Part shown: piece after piece, positions 11,796 to 23,712 of the stretch
How the letters are laid out: each line of letters starts with the position of its first letter
How positions within the stretch are numbered: the first letter of the stretch is position 1
Source of the DNA: Macrostomum lignano
Lineage: Eukaryota
DNA: 64,000 bases
Assembly (NCBI GenBank): GCA_002269645.1
Contig: NIVC01001382.1
Span: forward strand, 87,640 to 151,639
Reading direction: 5' to 3'
The notes under the pieces: generated by a model
What the model was told of the DNA's origin: nothing
Database searches by the model: none
The model's input: the letters and a program-made list of their open reading frames with translations, nothing else
Program-made: the position numbers and the translations under genes

Positions 11796-12653
11796 CCCTA
11801 CCCCAAATGATTGATCATGTTAGTAGGAAAAGACACTGCCCCCTTCTTTCATATCTACAGAACAACAACAGTATAATGAACCGGAGCCCCAAGGGAGTCT
11901 AACTAAATGTATATAATAATAAACGATAGTAGTTAAGACACTTTACATCCAAACTTTTTATAGTTTTACAAAACTCTTAGATATTAGGTTTTACTGACCT
12001 TATCTGCTACTGCTAGCTAGTACGCTCGTATGTTAAAGTACTTAGTAGAAAGTAGAATTTAGCAAGCAAGCAAAGAGATCGAGTTTCCAGTTTATTTTTT
12101 AGCATAGGTCTTTAAACGATGACAAATAATAGAGAGATTTGCATGCAGTGGCCTGACCCAGCAGCCAGGCGAGCAAGGGGCTTGCGTACAACGTTATAAT
12201 TTCTTCCTATTTCCTATCAACGTTACAATAGCTTCCATTTTACTTACTGGAAAGGAGGAAAAACATTTTCCCCACATACGCACTCTAGTTAGATTTCTTG
12301 GTCTGTGGTCTCTATCTCTATCGCTCGGTTGGGGGTTAGGGCTGAGGGAAGGTGGGTTAATTACCTTTGCAATATAATGAGTAGGCACCTTTTTTACAGT
12401 CATTTTGACAAAAAATAAGCCCATACGCAATACGGGATGCGCAGTCAAGTGGGAGTTCTTTGTCTGTGGAATATGGAAAATTGATCGATGACGGAAGCTA
12501 TGCTTACAAGCCCCACGTGAAAAGCAGACAATAGGAAGAGACAGTCAGTGAGCAGCATTAAAAAATAGGTCACCATAGACAAACAATAGATATTAAACAC
12601 AACTTTTGCTACCCGCCGCCGTCTTTACACGTACAGGAATTAGTTGATTAGAC

Positions 12654-14186
12654 CTAGTCACTTGACAGTGACACCAGTGGTACAATGAGGTAACAGTCTG
12701 GCTGCGGCAGCATTATGCACTTCGTCGTGGGCACTCCCGTAATAGTTTGACGCGAATCAGAATAGTAGCCGATCCGTAGGAGTGACGAAAGGTAGGGGTA
12801 GTTGTATAAGGTGCCGGTCAAGGTGAGAACAACTTCATAGAATTTTTTGTTGCCATGGACTGCGGCTATGCGCACTACATGGTCTCCAATCATGCAACAA
12901 TAATCGGGCGCATTTGAGCTGTATCGCAGAGATGATAGCGGACTCTTGCTTAGCAGGTCGCGGACATTAAGCATTTGCGTTAGCAAGTGTGAAGTGACAA
13001 AACGCGTCACTTGAAGCCGCTTCTCAATTTGTGATAAGTAGTTCTCAAAAGGGAACGCTGAGAAGTTGCTTAAGCACCCAAAAATTTGAACGAATTCAGG
13101 GAGATGCACCAGTACGTGGGTGTTGTGTCTCATGACGGTGTCACCGTACAGCTCGTGGGCTTGGGCGACAAACTCCTTCAGGCAAGTTGCGGCGTATTCA
13201 CACTTCAGGATTGATGCAGTAGTCGAATGACATAAACACATAGATTGCAAAATGTAAAAGAAGAAAGTTCTTGAAAAGTTGATCAGGAAAGAATCACCGG
13301 AACAGAACTATACCGAAGTAAAGAAAATAGTTTTTTTACTCAGACGCCTTGAAATGTGCTAATTCTTGGTCAATCCGACGAGGACGTCGCTGTAATTGTG
13401 ACGGAGTGAAGGGAGCAACCCTTACGATCTCCTCGGACAGCGCTGTGATTTCACCGGGCCTCAGTTTACAATGGCGGCCGTCATCTGTCGAGAACAAAAA
13501 GTGAAACAGCTTCCGCACTGTTCCAAGGCAGACAAGATGCATATAGTCCGGTGGTATGCACTTAGGGAACTCCAACCCCGGCAGTTGCATAAGTGGACCG
13601 GATCCGGCTCGCTGGTTTGACTCACTGCAATTTGAATGAGAAATGAAGTAAGAGAATGAGAGATGAAGGGAGGGGATGGGAGATCAAAGGGAGGAAATAG
13701 GAAATGAAGTAAGGGAATGAGAGATGAAGGGAGGGATGGGAGATCAAAGGGAGGAAATAGGAGATTAAGTAAGGGAATGAGAGATGAAGGGAGGGGACGG
13801 GAGATCAAAGGGAGGAAATAGGGAATGAAGTAAGGGGGTGAGAGATGAAGGGAGCTGGGGATGGGAGATCAAAGGGAGGAAGTGGAATTAACTGACCATC
13901 CTGCGCGATAATCTTCAGTTGTACGAGACTCTCCTGCTGTTTTTGGATAGACGATTCGTCTATCTACGGTATATGCGGGACTTTTGCAATAAAAGCAGCC
14001 GAAATGTGAATCTTCTGGCAGTTCTACGGACAACAGGTATTGTGCAAGGTGTTGCGGGTCGAACTCGTGATTTGCGGTTACGCTGTCAGCACAAGGAGGC
14101 AGTTCGTCGGGTTGGTTGTCAAGCAGTTCGTCGGGTATGTCTTCTACTTCATTTTGCTGTGCGCTTAATTTGGTATCTATTAGCAC
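12654..14186 (-). pseudogene. EnSpm/CACTA-type transposase pseudogene with one intron (copy 2)
   Basis: GCFYC...RTTEDYR | intron 13625-13896 (GTCAGT...TTGCAG) | SGPLMQLP..PPDYMHLVCLG, RRPR, HNTHVLVHL...FG.L.NFSAFPFENY. Has stops at 13336 and downstream, a frameshift, and an internal deletion before the CxxC. Confidence 0.85.
13641..13868. repeat. ~60-bp purine-rich tandem repeat (~4 copies) filling the transposase intron
   Basis: GAGATGAAGGGAGGGATGGGAGATCAAAGGGAGGAAATAGG... recurs at 60-bp spacing. Confidence 0.9.
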
Positions 14187-14665
14187 ATTACTAAATTCTC
14201 TCCTAGAGTTGGAATAAAAATCTTTCTCCTTTTAGTCATACCTTTGGATATAAAAGTAGGATCGATAACAATTGAGTGGGATAGACTAGAACTAAATGAA
14301 CTGGTTGAAAGTAGTATAGAATCAAGCTGTTTTACTGAAGAATTTAATTAAATTTGTTTAATTGGTTCTTTCGTAAGTTTGTATTAAAACTGAGTATAGC
14401 AAAAATATGCGGAATAACAGAATGAACTGAATCGAGAAGGAAAGACCATGTTCATTCAATCGAGGGTTCGTGATTGGAGCAGAAAAGCGAGCTTTTTACA
14501 GCCCACCAATTCTATTAGCCAAAAATTCTATTGGCACGCTATACATACGTTTGTATTTCAAGTATATCCAACTATAATCTGCAGTCTGTAGTCCAACCAG
14601 CAATCTTTTTAGTTCAAACTGTGTTTTAAATTCTAGAAACTATACTATTGTACAACTGTACAAGC

Positions 14666-14923
14666 ATGGAAAGCATCCGCTTCATAGTGTTGTTTCTAGA
14701 TGATAAGCAAGTAATTGAGGCAGGTTACAGTGAAGTTTCCCTATGTGAATTTCAAGAATTTACTGTAGAGACATGGGAGAATTTCGGCTCTTCGCAAAGA
14801 TTCTGTGATGAAAAACTGAAGGTTAAAGCCGAGTATGAATCTGAATGGTACGACACCGTCATCGTGCAAGTCGTACTTGATGACGCGGTGAACACTGAGC
14901 CAACGATTAAGTTTACTTATTAA
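14666..14923 (+). CDS. Short ORF, probable N-terminus of the EnSpm accessory protein
   Basis: MESIRFIVLFLDDKQVIE resembles the FVLVIFDDGSIE start seen at ~43730. Divergent from the copy-2 transposase. Confidence 0.35.
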   Translation: MESIRFIVLFLDDKQVIEAGYSEVSLCEFQEFTVETWENFGSSQRFCDEKLKVKAEYESEWYDTVIVQVVLDDAVNTEPTIKFTY

Positions 14924-15057
14924 ACTTAATAAGTCTTAAAAAGAAGAGCATATAAAGTGTTCTTAGATTGGTGCCTCGAGTGAACTGCGGTCAGCGAAAC
15001 CGGTTCATAACTTTAAAGGTGAGTAAAGCAAAATCTTGAATTGCAAAATTTCTCAGC

Positions 15058-16420
15058 ATCATCTCTCTGTCACTCAGCGTTGTCTCTCCATCACTCAGCG
15101 TTCTCTTTCCGTCACTCAGCATTATTTCTCTGTCACTCAGCGTTCTCTATCCATCACTCAGCGCTCTCTCTCCGTCACTCAGCGTTGTCTCTCTATCACT
15201 CAGCTTTTTTTCGCCGTTACAGCGTTCTATTTCTCCGTCACTCAGCGTTGTCTCTCCATCACTCAGCGTTCTCTTTCCGTCACTCAGCATTATCTCCCTG
15301 TCACTCAGCGTTCTCTATCCATCACTCAGCGCTCTCTCTCCGTCACTCAGCGTTCTCTATCCATCACTCAGCGCTCTCTCTCCGTCACTCAGCGTTGTCT
15401 CTCTATCACTCAGCTTTTTTTCGCCGTTACAGCGTTCTATTTCTCCGTCACTCAGCGTTGTCTCTCCATCACTCAGCGTTCTCTTTCCGTCACTCAGCAT
15501 TATCTCCCTGTCACTCAGCGTTCTCTATCCATCACTCAGCGCTCTCTCTCCGTCACTCAGCGTTCTCTATCCATCACTCAGCGCTCTCTCTCCGTCACTC
15601 AGCGTTCTCTTTCTCCGTCACTCAGCGTTCTCTCTCCGTCACTCAGCGTTCTCTTTCTCCGTCACTCAGCATTATCTCTCTGTCACTCAGCGTTGTCTCT
15701 CCATCACTCAGCGTTCTCTTTCCGTCACTCAGCATTATCTCCCTGTCACTCAGCGCTCTCTCTCCGTCACTCAGCGTTCTCTATCCATCACTCAGCGCTC
15801 TCTCTCCGTCACTCAGCGTTCTCTTTCTCCGTCACTCAGCGTTCTCTCTCCGTCACTCAGCGTTCTCTTTCTCCGTCACTCAGCATTATCTCTCTGTCAC
15901 TCAGCGTTGTCTCTCCATCACTCAGCGTTCTCTTTCCGTCACTCAGCATTATCTCCCTGTCACTCAGCGCTCTCTCTCCGTCACTCAGCGTTCTCTATCC
16001 ATCACTCAGCGCTCTCTCTCCGTCACTCAGCGTTCTCTTTCTCCGTCACTCAGCGTTCTCTCTCCGTCACTCAGCGTTCTCTTTCTCCGTCACTCAGCGT
16101 TCTCTCTTCGTCACTCATTATTGTTTCTCTGTCACTCAGCGTTCTCTATCCATCACTCAGCGCTCTCTCTCCGTCACTCAGCGTTCTCTTTCTCCGTCAC
16201 TCAGCGTTCTCTCTCCGTCACTCAGCGTTCTCTTTCTCCGTCACTCAGCGTTCTCTCTTCGTCACTCAGTATTGTTTCTCTGTCACTCAGCGTTCTCTAT
16301 CCATCACTCAGCGCTCTCTCTCCGTCACTCAGCGTTCTCTTTCTCCGTCACTCAGCGTTCTCTTTCTCCGTCACTCAGCGTTATCTCTCTGTCACTCAGC
16401 ATTATCTCTCCGTCACTCAG
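15058..16420. repeat. Minisatellite, 21/23-bp monomers with core TCACTCAGC and a 210-bp higher-order repeat
   Basis: About 60 monomers. A 10-monomer block with the diagnostic variant TTTTTTTCGCCGTTACAGC is duplicated (~15175-15594). Confidence 0.95.
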
Positions 16421-18309
16421 GGAGACAGCATTATCTGAGACAGCATTTTTCTATGGACCTAGTAACTTCTTCTATGGGCCTAATAACTCTATCCATGTGG
16501 CTAGTAACTTTATCTGAATCTAGTAACTTCTTGTATGAACCGAGTAACTCTGGGCCTCGTGGTTCCTAGAGTCTTTGTTCGTCGGCAGACTATGACTCAC
16601 ACGCACTCTAGCACTCTGATGATTCAGCGTCTGACCTTGCTCAGACTGACCTCTTGTCCGCGAACTCTTAGTGAACGGAGTGACTGGTTCCTCTATTTCC
16701 GGGTGGACAAGAGTCCCAAATAACTTTAACTTTCGGTAGCTTTCCGAGAATTGGCCTAAGGCTAAACTGCTTATTTTGCACCAGTCGAAGAGCAGTACCC
16801 TGAGATGGTCTGATAGAGCAATACCAATAATTTCTTGATGAGTTACGTTCCCCAATGTATCGATAATCAATTCCCAAACTAAATATGTCACGAAAGGTAG
16901 TTCGCTGCCACCAATCGAAGCTATGATCAAATGACTGAGCCAAAACCGCTATCAAAGAGATTTGAATAAATTGAGTTAGAACTAGAACTTAAATTAACCA
17001 GTAACTTAACGAACTATCAATTGCAATTATTAAACGATAAATTAACAAATATTGGAACTAGCGCACCAGCAGAAAATGATAATTAACCTTAACAAAATTA
17101 AAAGACAAAAACACAAAAATAAGCTCGGCCTCCTGTGTCCTTACTAACACAGTCTGTTAGAGCTAAGATTTAGTTGGCTAAACTAACTTAGTACTTAGGA
17201 GCAGTGCTCAACTAAGACTCAATAGTTACTAATAACTAGTCATGGACTAATAGTTTGTCAGGCACACCGGGCCGATCTTACAAGGCAATACTACACTAGA
17301 GCACACAGTCCGGGCTAAGTTGCAAACTCGGGGCAACCAGAGGAGAGTAAGCGCGGAAAAAGTGCGCGTGCGAGAGCGAGAGCCAATTCAAATTGGTGCG
17401 CGCGGTATTTATATACCCGCAGAATGAGTGCATTAAAACAACTGGTAGGCCTCTTGGCACAACGTTACAGTATCCTATTCGGTTTCGGATGTGCAAGAGT
17501 TCCTAGTGAATTAATTGCGCACGTTAGTATTTTCACTTGAGTCATTAATAATAAATAATAATTCGCGTAATTAACGATGAATTTCAGGAGCCCTACCACA
17601 CATATAGCTAGATTAAATTTTTGGTATATTTGCATTGACAATTTACTGTCTCTTCGCATGCCCAAAAAGGGTTTTTTGACGTCGGGTTTTAAAATACAGA
17701 AACAATATGATGAGAATAGAGAATATACTATGAAAATGAAGCATTTATGTAAGTGCTGTGTTACAGTGGGTATTGCAATCAATATACATGCATTCAGGGA
17801 CTACTCAAACACCGGGACGGGAAACTAGGAATTTTTTACGAGGCTGGTCTTTAGCAGCTGACGAGGCTGGCTGGCTTATTTTCATCCCTGCATGCATTCG
17901 TGTTTTAAGTGTGTTGCGTTCGAGAGCAGTAATTTTTCTACTCGTATAGCTAGCTAGCACAAGTACGAGCGTATACACAACATTCGCAGTATACTTTTAA
18001 TTGAAATATAATTTTGCATTGCTGAAAAGTAACAAGGGCGAACCTCGTGGGACTCACAAGTGCTGACTTTTACCCCTCTGCTTCCTAACTGCATGGCACT
18101 ATTGATGCTATCTTTAGAACTCCTTTGCTTTGGGGCCCAAATCCAAGTTATCTGCCCTCATAAGTATGAGCACCGAGCACCGAGTGCAAAATTTATCAAA
18201 GCAGAAGTGTACAACTTTAAGTCAGAGGCAGTCCAGTTGTATGTGCTATCGGAATAAAAATGGGGATACTTGGAGTGGACCTGTCACTACTAGCCCTGTC
18301 CCAGGGAAG

Positions 18310-18972
18310 GGGTGCTTTCACAAGGTCGAAATTTCACAACGTCGAAAAGTAAATTATTTCCCAAGGTCGAAACTTCACAAGGTCGAAATTTCACAACATC
18401 GAAAACTTTAGCAAGAGACTTCATAAGGTCGAAATTTCATAAGGTCGAAATTTCACAACATCGAAAACTCAAATAGCAGCCACTTTCACAAGATCGAAAC
18501 TTCACAAGGTCGAAATTTCACAACATCGAAAAATCTAGCAAGAGATTTCATAAGGTCGAAATTTCACAAGGTCGAAATTTCATAACATCGAAAACTCAAG
18601 TGCAGCCACTTTCACAAGGTCGAAACTTCATAAGCTCGAAATTTCACAAAGTCGAAAATTTTATCTATCAAGAACCATACAGTAGTTTTCTACGTTGTGA
18701 AATTTCGACCTTATGAAATTTCGACCTTATGAAGTCTCTTGCTAAAGTTTTCGATGTTGTGAAGTTTCGACCTTGTGGGGTTTCTACCTTATGAAAGTGG
18801 CTGCTTTTCGAGTTTTCGATGTTGTGAAATTTCGACCTTGTGAAGTTTCGACCTTGTGAAAGTGGCTGCTATTTGAGTTTTCGATGTTATGAAATTTCGA
18901 CCTTGTGAAATTTCGACCTTGTGAAAGAAGGTGCTTTCGACGTTGTGAAATTTCGAGTTTGTGAAACCCCCC
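18310..18972. mobile_element. Mutator-like foldback MITE
   Basis: 9-bp TSD CCAGGGAAG (18301-18309 / 18973-18981). Ends GGGTGCTTTCAC / GTGAAACCCCCC. Arms consist of AAGGTCGAAATTTCAC subrepeats in inverted orientation. Confidence 0.8.
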
Positions 18973-19799
18973 CCAGGGAAGAAAGCCTAGGGTAGAGTGA
19001 ACAAAGAGGCAGACCGGGGAAGGGGCATTGCAAAATTTTTATACTAAGGGTATCCCATAGTATTTTTTGCCGTTTGGCAGATGTTATCTCTAGCCGAGCT
19101 CGCAAGTAAAGTGGAAGAATGCTTTATGATATTTATACTGGTAAAACGAGCATACACAACAAACTGGGGGCTGAGTGGGGGGTTTTGGACCAACTTGCAG
19201 GAGGCTTGAGAGGGGGAGGGGGGAAAGGAAGTGAGGGAAAAAACCACACTCACCACACTCGAATACAAGCTTGTAAAAGAAACTGGCTTAGGCGTGATTG
19301 TATCCAATGCGAATGATTTACGCAGTATGAATATGTGATAACTCGAATATGAATTGAATGCTAGTGCTTCTCGGTCACAAATATGAATGGTATGACTGTT
19401 ATGGTTCTCAGTCCCGCCCTGATTGAACCAACTTTGACTCTTGCCTTCGTTGATCTTATCGCTCCCTTTTTTCACAATGAAAAACAAACGACTGTTTATG
19501 ATTTTCTTCCTCGTCTCTTATCTCCTCCCAGGGCATGTCTAGCTAACACACAGGCTTCCCCTATTTCATCGGTCTCTGATTTCGCTTACCGGTACTCTTT
19601 CCAGATTAGAAGCAATAACTTCTAGTCCAAGGGTCGGCAAACTATTTTACCCTAAGGGCCAGGTAGAGAAGAATCCAGCTCATGGCGGCAAGCCAGATGA
19701 GATTGGAAAGGACAGAAAATTAGAGATGAGAGAAGAGAGGAGATGCAGGAGATGAGACGAGAGGAGAGATATGAGATATGAAGAGAGGCGAGACGAAGT

Positions 19800-21519
19800 C
19801 AGACACACTTCGAAGCAGCTCATCCACGCCCTGGAATCCTCGATTTCAGAATAAACGGTTCCCTTTAAAGTTCTCGAATCAACTGGAAAATTAGCCCCAA
19901 AAAGTTGGCTAGCTTCAGATTTCTCTAAGCGCTACTTTGGTCATGTTGCACGAAATTTGCAGAAGAAGGAAAGCCGCAGCAAAAACGATTCGCTTGTTAC
20001 AACCGGAGGGGACATTCTTAAACAAAGTCAACTGTTCCTCGAAGCTTACATCAGCTCCGCCTCCATGGTCGAAGTCTTCGTCTTCGCGTTCGTAGGCCTT
20101 TGTCCGGTTGTCCGGTTCCTTAGTCCGAATGTCATCAGCTCCAGAGTCCTCCGCCAGTTGACCGCCACCGTAGGTTGCAGTCTGCGATAAAACAGCGAGG
20201 CAAAAGGCAATTTAGTTTCGTGTGAGTGTTATATTATTATTATCATTTGCAGAAAAGAGGAAAATACGACAAAGAGAGAGAAAACACTTACAGAATTAGG
20301 GATGACTGGCTCCTTAGGTTCAAGGCTCGTTGCAGACTGGTCATGGCTATCTTCACAGTCTTGTGACTCCCACACTTACTCCAAAGTCGGCCGAGCACAG
20401 ACTCGTTTGTAGTGTCGCAGACGTGTTTCCTCCTTCTTCTAGATCCCACTAGATGCCACCAAGTTGTCGCAGACCTAATCGTTCCTAACTGCGATTTCAC
20501 CGTAAAGCCACCGAGTCTTTACAGACTTTCTGGCTCTTATCACTAAGCTGCCTATTTCTAGTAGTATTGGCTGCCCTAAACTATGACCTTTCTCTAATTT
20601 CACACGATTTCTTTGAAACCTTGTGATAGCGTGTAGTGCCCGAGCGGTAAGACACTGTCTAATATCCTAGTTTAGTCCGAAAGTCTAGCGTTTTCCGAGG
20701 ATCAAGGGTGTCCAGCAGTAGCTAATTCACTCCTCTAATGCCTAATCTCCTAGCGCCTAATACCTATTATTAGCCAGTACGGCTTTCTTAGAGTCTGTAC
20801 GACCTTAATTTTCTCCTTATTTTTAGACCTCTATCTTGGATCTCCACGACCTCTGGTTTCTCCCTATTCAGATCCCTAGTTCTGGGTCTCCACGACCTCT
20901 GGTTTCTCCCTATTCAGATCCCTAGTTCTGGGTCTCCACGACCTCTGGTTTCTCCCTATTCAGATCCCTAGTTCTGGGTCTCCACGACCTCTGTTTTCTC
21001 CCTATTCAGATCCCTAGTTCTGGGTCTCCACGACCTCTGGTTTCTCCCTTTTCTGATCCCTAGTTCTGGGTCTCCACGACCTCTGGTTTCTCCCTATTCT
21101 GATCCCTAGTTCTGGGTCTCCACGACCTCTGGTTTCTCCCTATTCTGATCCCTAGTCCTGTATTCGTACAAATAACTAAGACTCGCAGGTTTCAACTTAC
21201 GTTTTGGTTTGAATGTCAAACGCTGCTTCTCCGATTGAGAGCGAGCTCGCGAAGATTCGCGGAAGAGCGAGTTACTTTTATTTTTGGTAAATTGTTTCGT
21301 TTATATAGGGGATAAAACTTAACTTGATTGGTTGAAATTAATTATAAAAAAATAGTTTACGAAATTTTAACAAAGTATTAAACTCCATTGGCTGAGATTA
21401 TTTAAAACAAAACAATTTAGGGATTTAAACAAGGAAATTCGCTGATTGGCTAAGTAAAATAGCTCATTAAACCCGCTTAAAACTACTATTAGTAAGAATA
21501 AAAGATCGACCCTATTACA
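19800..21519 (-). mobile_element. Truncated Gypsy-type LTR element (element C): LTR ~20465-21519, PBS, leader, gag stub
   Basis: Starts TGTAATAGGG at 21519. CCAAT boxes and TATA (~21300). Ends ...GCGACA followed by ACT-TGGTGGCATCTAGTGGGAT (tRNA-Leu-like PBS). The degenerate TVYSEIEDSRAWMSCFE gag-like motif lies at ~19810-19860. Shares a conserved block with the LTRs at 46.7 and 55.4 kb. Confidence 0.65.
20843..21156. repeat. 46-bp tandem repeat, ~7 copies, inside LTR C
   Basis: GATCCCTAGTTCTGGGTCTCCACGACCTCTGGTTTCTCCCTATTCA at 20871, 20917, 20963, 21009, 21055, 21101. Confidence 0.95.
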
Positions 21520-21886
21520 GTAGCCCTGCGGAAACATCGTTGTTGGGGAAGCTGAAAATGTAAAATAGAGATCGTATGGGAAACTGAAGTAAAATAGTAA
21601 AAAACGAGGGTTGGGGAGCAAGTGGAAATGGAGGAGAGTCGAGTTGGTCGACTTGGCTGTGAAAGAGAACAAAGGAATTGCTATCACTGCTCTTCAATAT
21701 GGAGCTCTATATCCGATGTTTGGCGCTGATGTGTCTGCCAGACAAATGCCTACTAATAACAGCCCTGTGAATATTGTGACTAACATTGAGATGACTGTCG
21801 CAACACCCGTGGACCTTTACATTATCTATGCATTTGAGAGGAAGGTGAAGCTTAACATGATCAACAATTCATCCAGTAAAGTTTAA
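21520..21886 (+). pseudogene. Polinton/Maverick (adintovirus-like) major capsid protein, C-terminal fragment
   Basis: GIAITALQYGALYPMFGADVS...VNIVTNIEM...VDLYIIYAFERKVKL fits the G.I...F...Y.xF.FD.S...V.I...Y....E C-terminus of Polinton MCPs. Cut on the left by LTR C and followed directly by a penton-like gene. Confidence 0.62.
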
Positions 21887-21905
21887 AAAAATTTTAGGAC
21901 AAAAA

Positions 21906-22793
21906 ATGGAAGCGATTGCTGAAAGACTAAATAATATTATTTCTCACTCTAAGGAGAGCAATCCTATTACAATAACTGGGGCGAATTAATGACTCAACGG
22001 GATATTTGTTCAAAAATTAGAGCAGGCAGTTCGCCTGGATCCAGGTGCTAATTACCATGTCTATCTTAACGACTTCACTGGTTGGTCAAACGTTCCCAAT
22101 GTGACGGCAGCAAATAATAAGTTTTATTACTAATGGAAAGGTGCGGCAGCAGAACCTGTGGTATTCCCTGTGAGCACGCAGTGTGGATACCTACAATTAC
22201 TTTCTAGAAAACGTCTTTACTAAAAGAGGCCATTTTGAGACACCTGATCCGATTAAGCCAGAACTGTTCCCTGTCAAACTAACCTATGATCTCACTGTAA
22301 TGAGAGTGGTCATGCAAGTTCACAAAGATGCGGAGGTTGAGTTTAAAGATGACACTTAGTATAGGGAATCGGGATTCGAAAAGAAAGTTTATAAGGTAGA
22401 ATCCACGGCGCGGACCGGCACTCAAGCGCCGAAATCATCGGGGGTCGTTTGTATGGCCCGGAAAAGTGTAAGCGGTTTGTTCTTAGCACCCAATATTGCA
22501 GACATTGTAAAGGGTTTGAATATTCTAATCAGAAGATTAGAATCTCAGTCTAGATCTCAGATCTCAGTCTAGATTGGGTATTTAAGGGAAAGCGAACGAA
22601 TATTTTGTACAACATCTCCAACTCTGTAGCTGGAGGACAAATACTGGTAGAGAAACCAAATCCAGTGAAAAGAGTTGCATTGAGTAATAAGGAGATTCAC
22701 GAGATTGTGCTACAGTTTGAGACTGAAGATGGGGTGGGCGTTGATTTCAACGGTGAAGAGTTTTTACTGACGTTGATAGTTGAGAGAAGATGA
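21906..22793 (+). pseudogene. Polinton/Maverick minor capsid (penton) protein pseudogene
   Basis: Rebuilt across frameshifts and stops: VRLDPGANYHVYLNDFTGWSNVPNVTAANNKFYY...FKDDT..GFEKKVY...PNIADIVKG...NILYNI..LVEKPNPV...IHEIVLQFETEDGVGVDFNGEEFLLTLIVE. Confidence 0.72.
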
Positions 22794-23712
22794 GAAATCA
22801 CAATTGTCTAATGATTTCTGCAGAGTTATAGTAGCTGTCGTAATCTTTTATGTTGGGGTTGGGGATTGGCGGCTGTTTAGGAGAAGGGGTGGGCTTTGTA
22901 TTGCATGCACCAAGTAAAGAACTAGTGAATGAAGACGCTGTCGTCTTCAAAGGTGGGACGATGGTTTTAATGTTTGTAACTTTTATGGCTATGACCTGTT
23001 TATTAAACCCAAATTAAGAACTTAATTAAGAAACTATATTGTGTTTTTATCTTTTATGGCTGTGACATATGAAGAACTAAAAAGCTTAGTTATAGGCTAT
23101 GACTATAATTTAATTTAAACAAAGTTTATACATAACTGTTGAAATATAATAATAAATAAAAAATAATTAAATAAATGCAGTTCTTACACTACTTAGTAAC
23201 AGAATTTAGCATTATTATTATTATTTAAAACTCAACTCATTTTACAAAACTTAAAGTATTCGATAAATAAAAAATTGGAAAATATATTACTGTAAAGATT
23301 CAAACTAAAAAAAGAGTGCATAAAGCAAATTAATATTTACAACAATAAATAACTATTCGTATAAATTACGAGCAGTACCCCCCTAAGATAAAAAGGCGGA
23401 CAACAGTTAAAACAAAGTTGACAGTTGTTTGATATTTTTATAAGATTGCATTTAAAACAAAAAATTCGTTACAACTAAAACATTTATAGCAAACTGCTGT
23501 AAGTAGTACGTACTGGATAAGAATAAATTTGCACAATTTAACAGCAAATAGGAAAATAAAGAATTTTTGTTTCCCGTTTTAATAAATTAAATGCCAAAAA
23601 AGTGGGTTTCGGACATAGAAAAAACATTGAAACAGACGCTTAGTTTAACTGACCTATGAGTTTAGCCCGCTAATTGCGTTGGCATTAAGTAAACAATTAA
23701 ATATGCTTTATA

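Noticed and set aside
15036-16569. Three long Ser/Leu/His-rich ORFs (493, 465, 220 aa)
   Set aside because: Stop-free translation of the 21/23-bp satellite in all three plus frames, switching frame with unit length; no ATG start for the long ones.
16520-17470. LTR or retroelement call for the ORF and TG...CA segment
   Set aside because: No PBS, PPT, TSD or recognisable gag/ORF1 motif; left unassigned.
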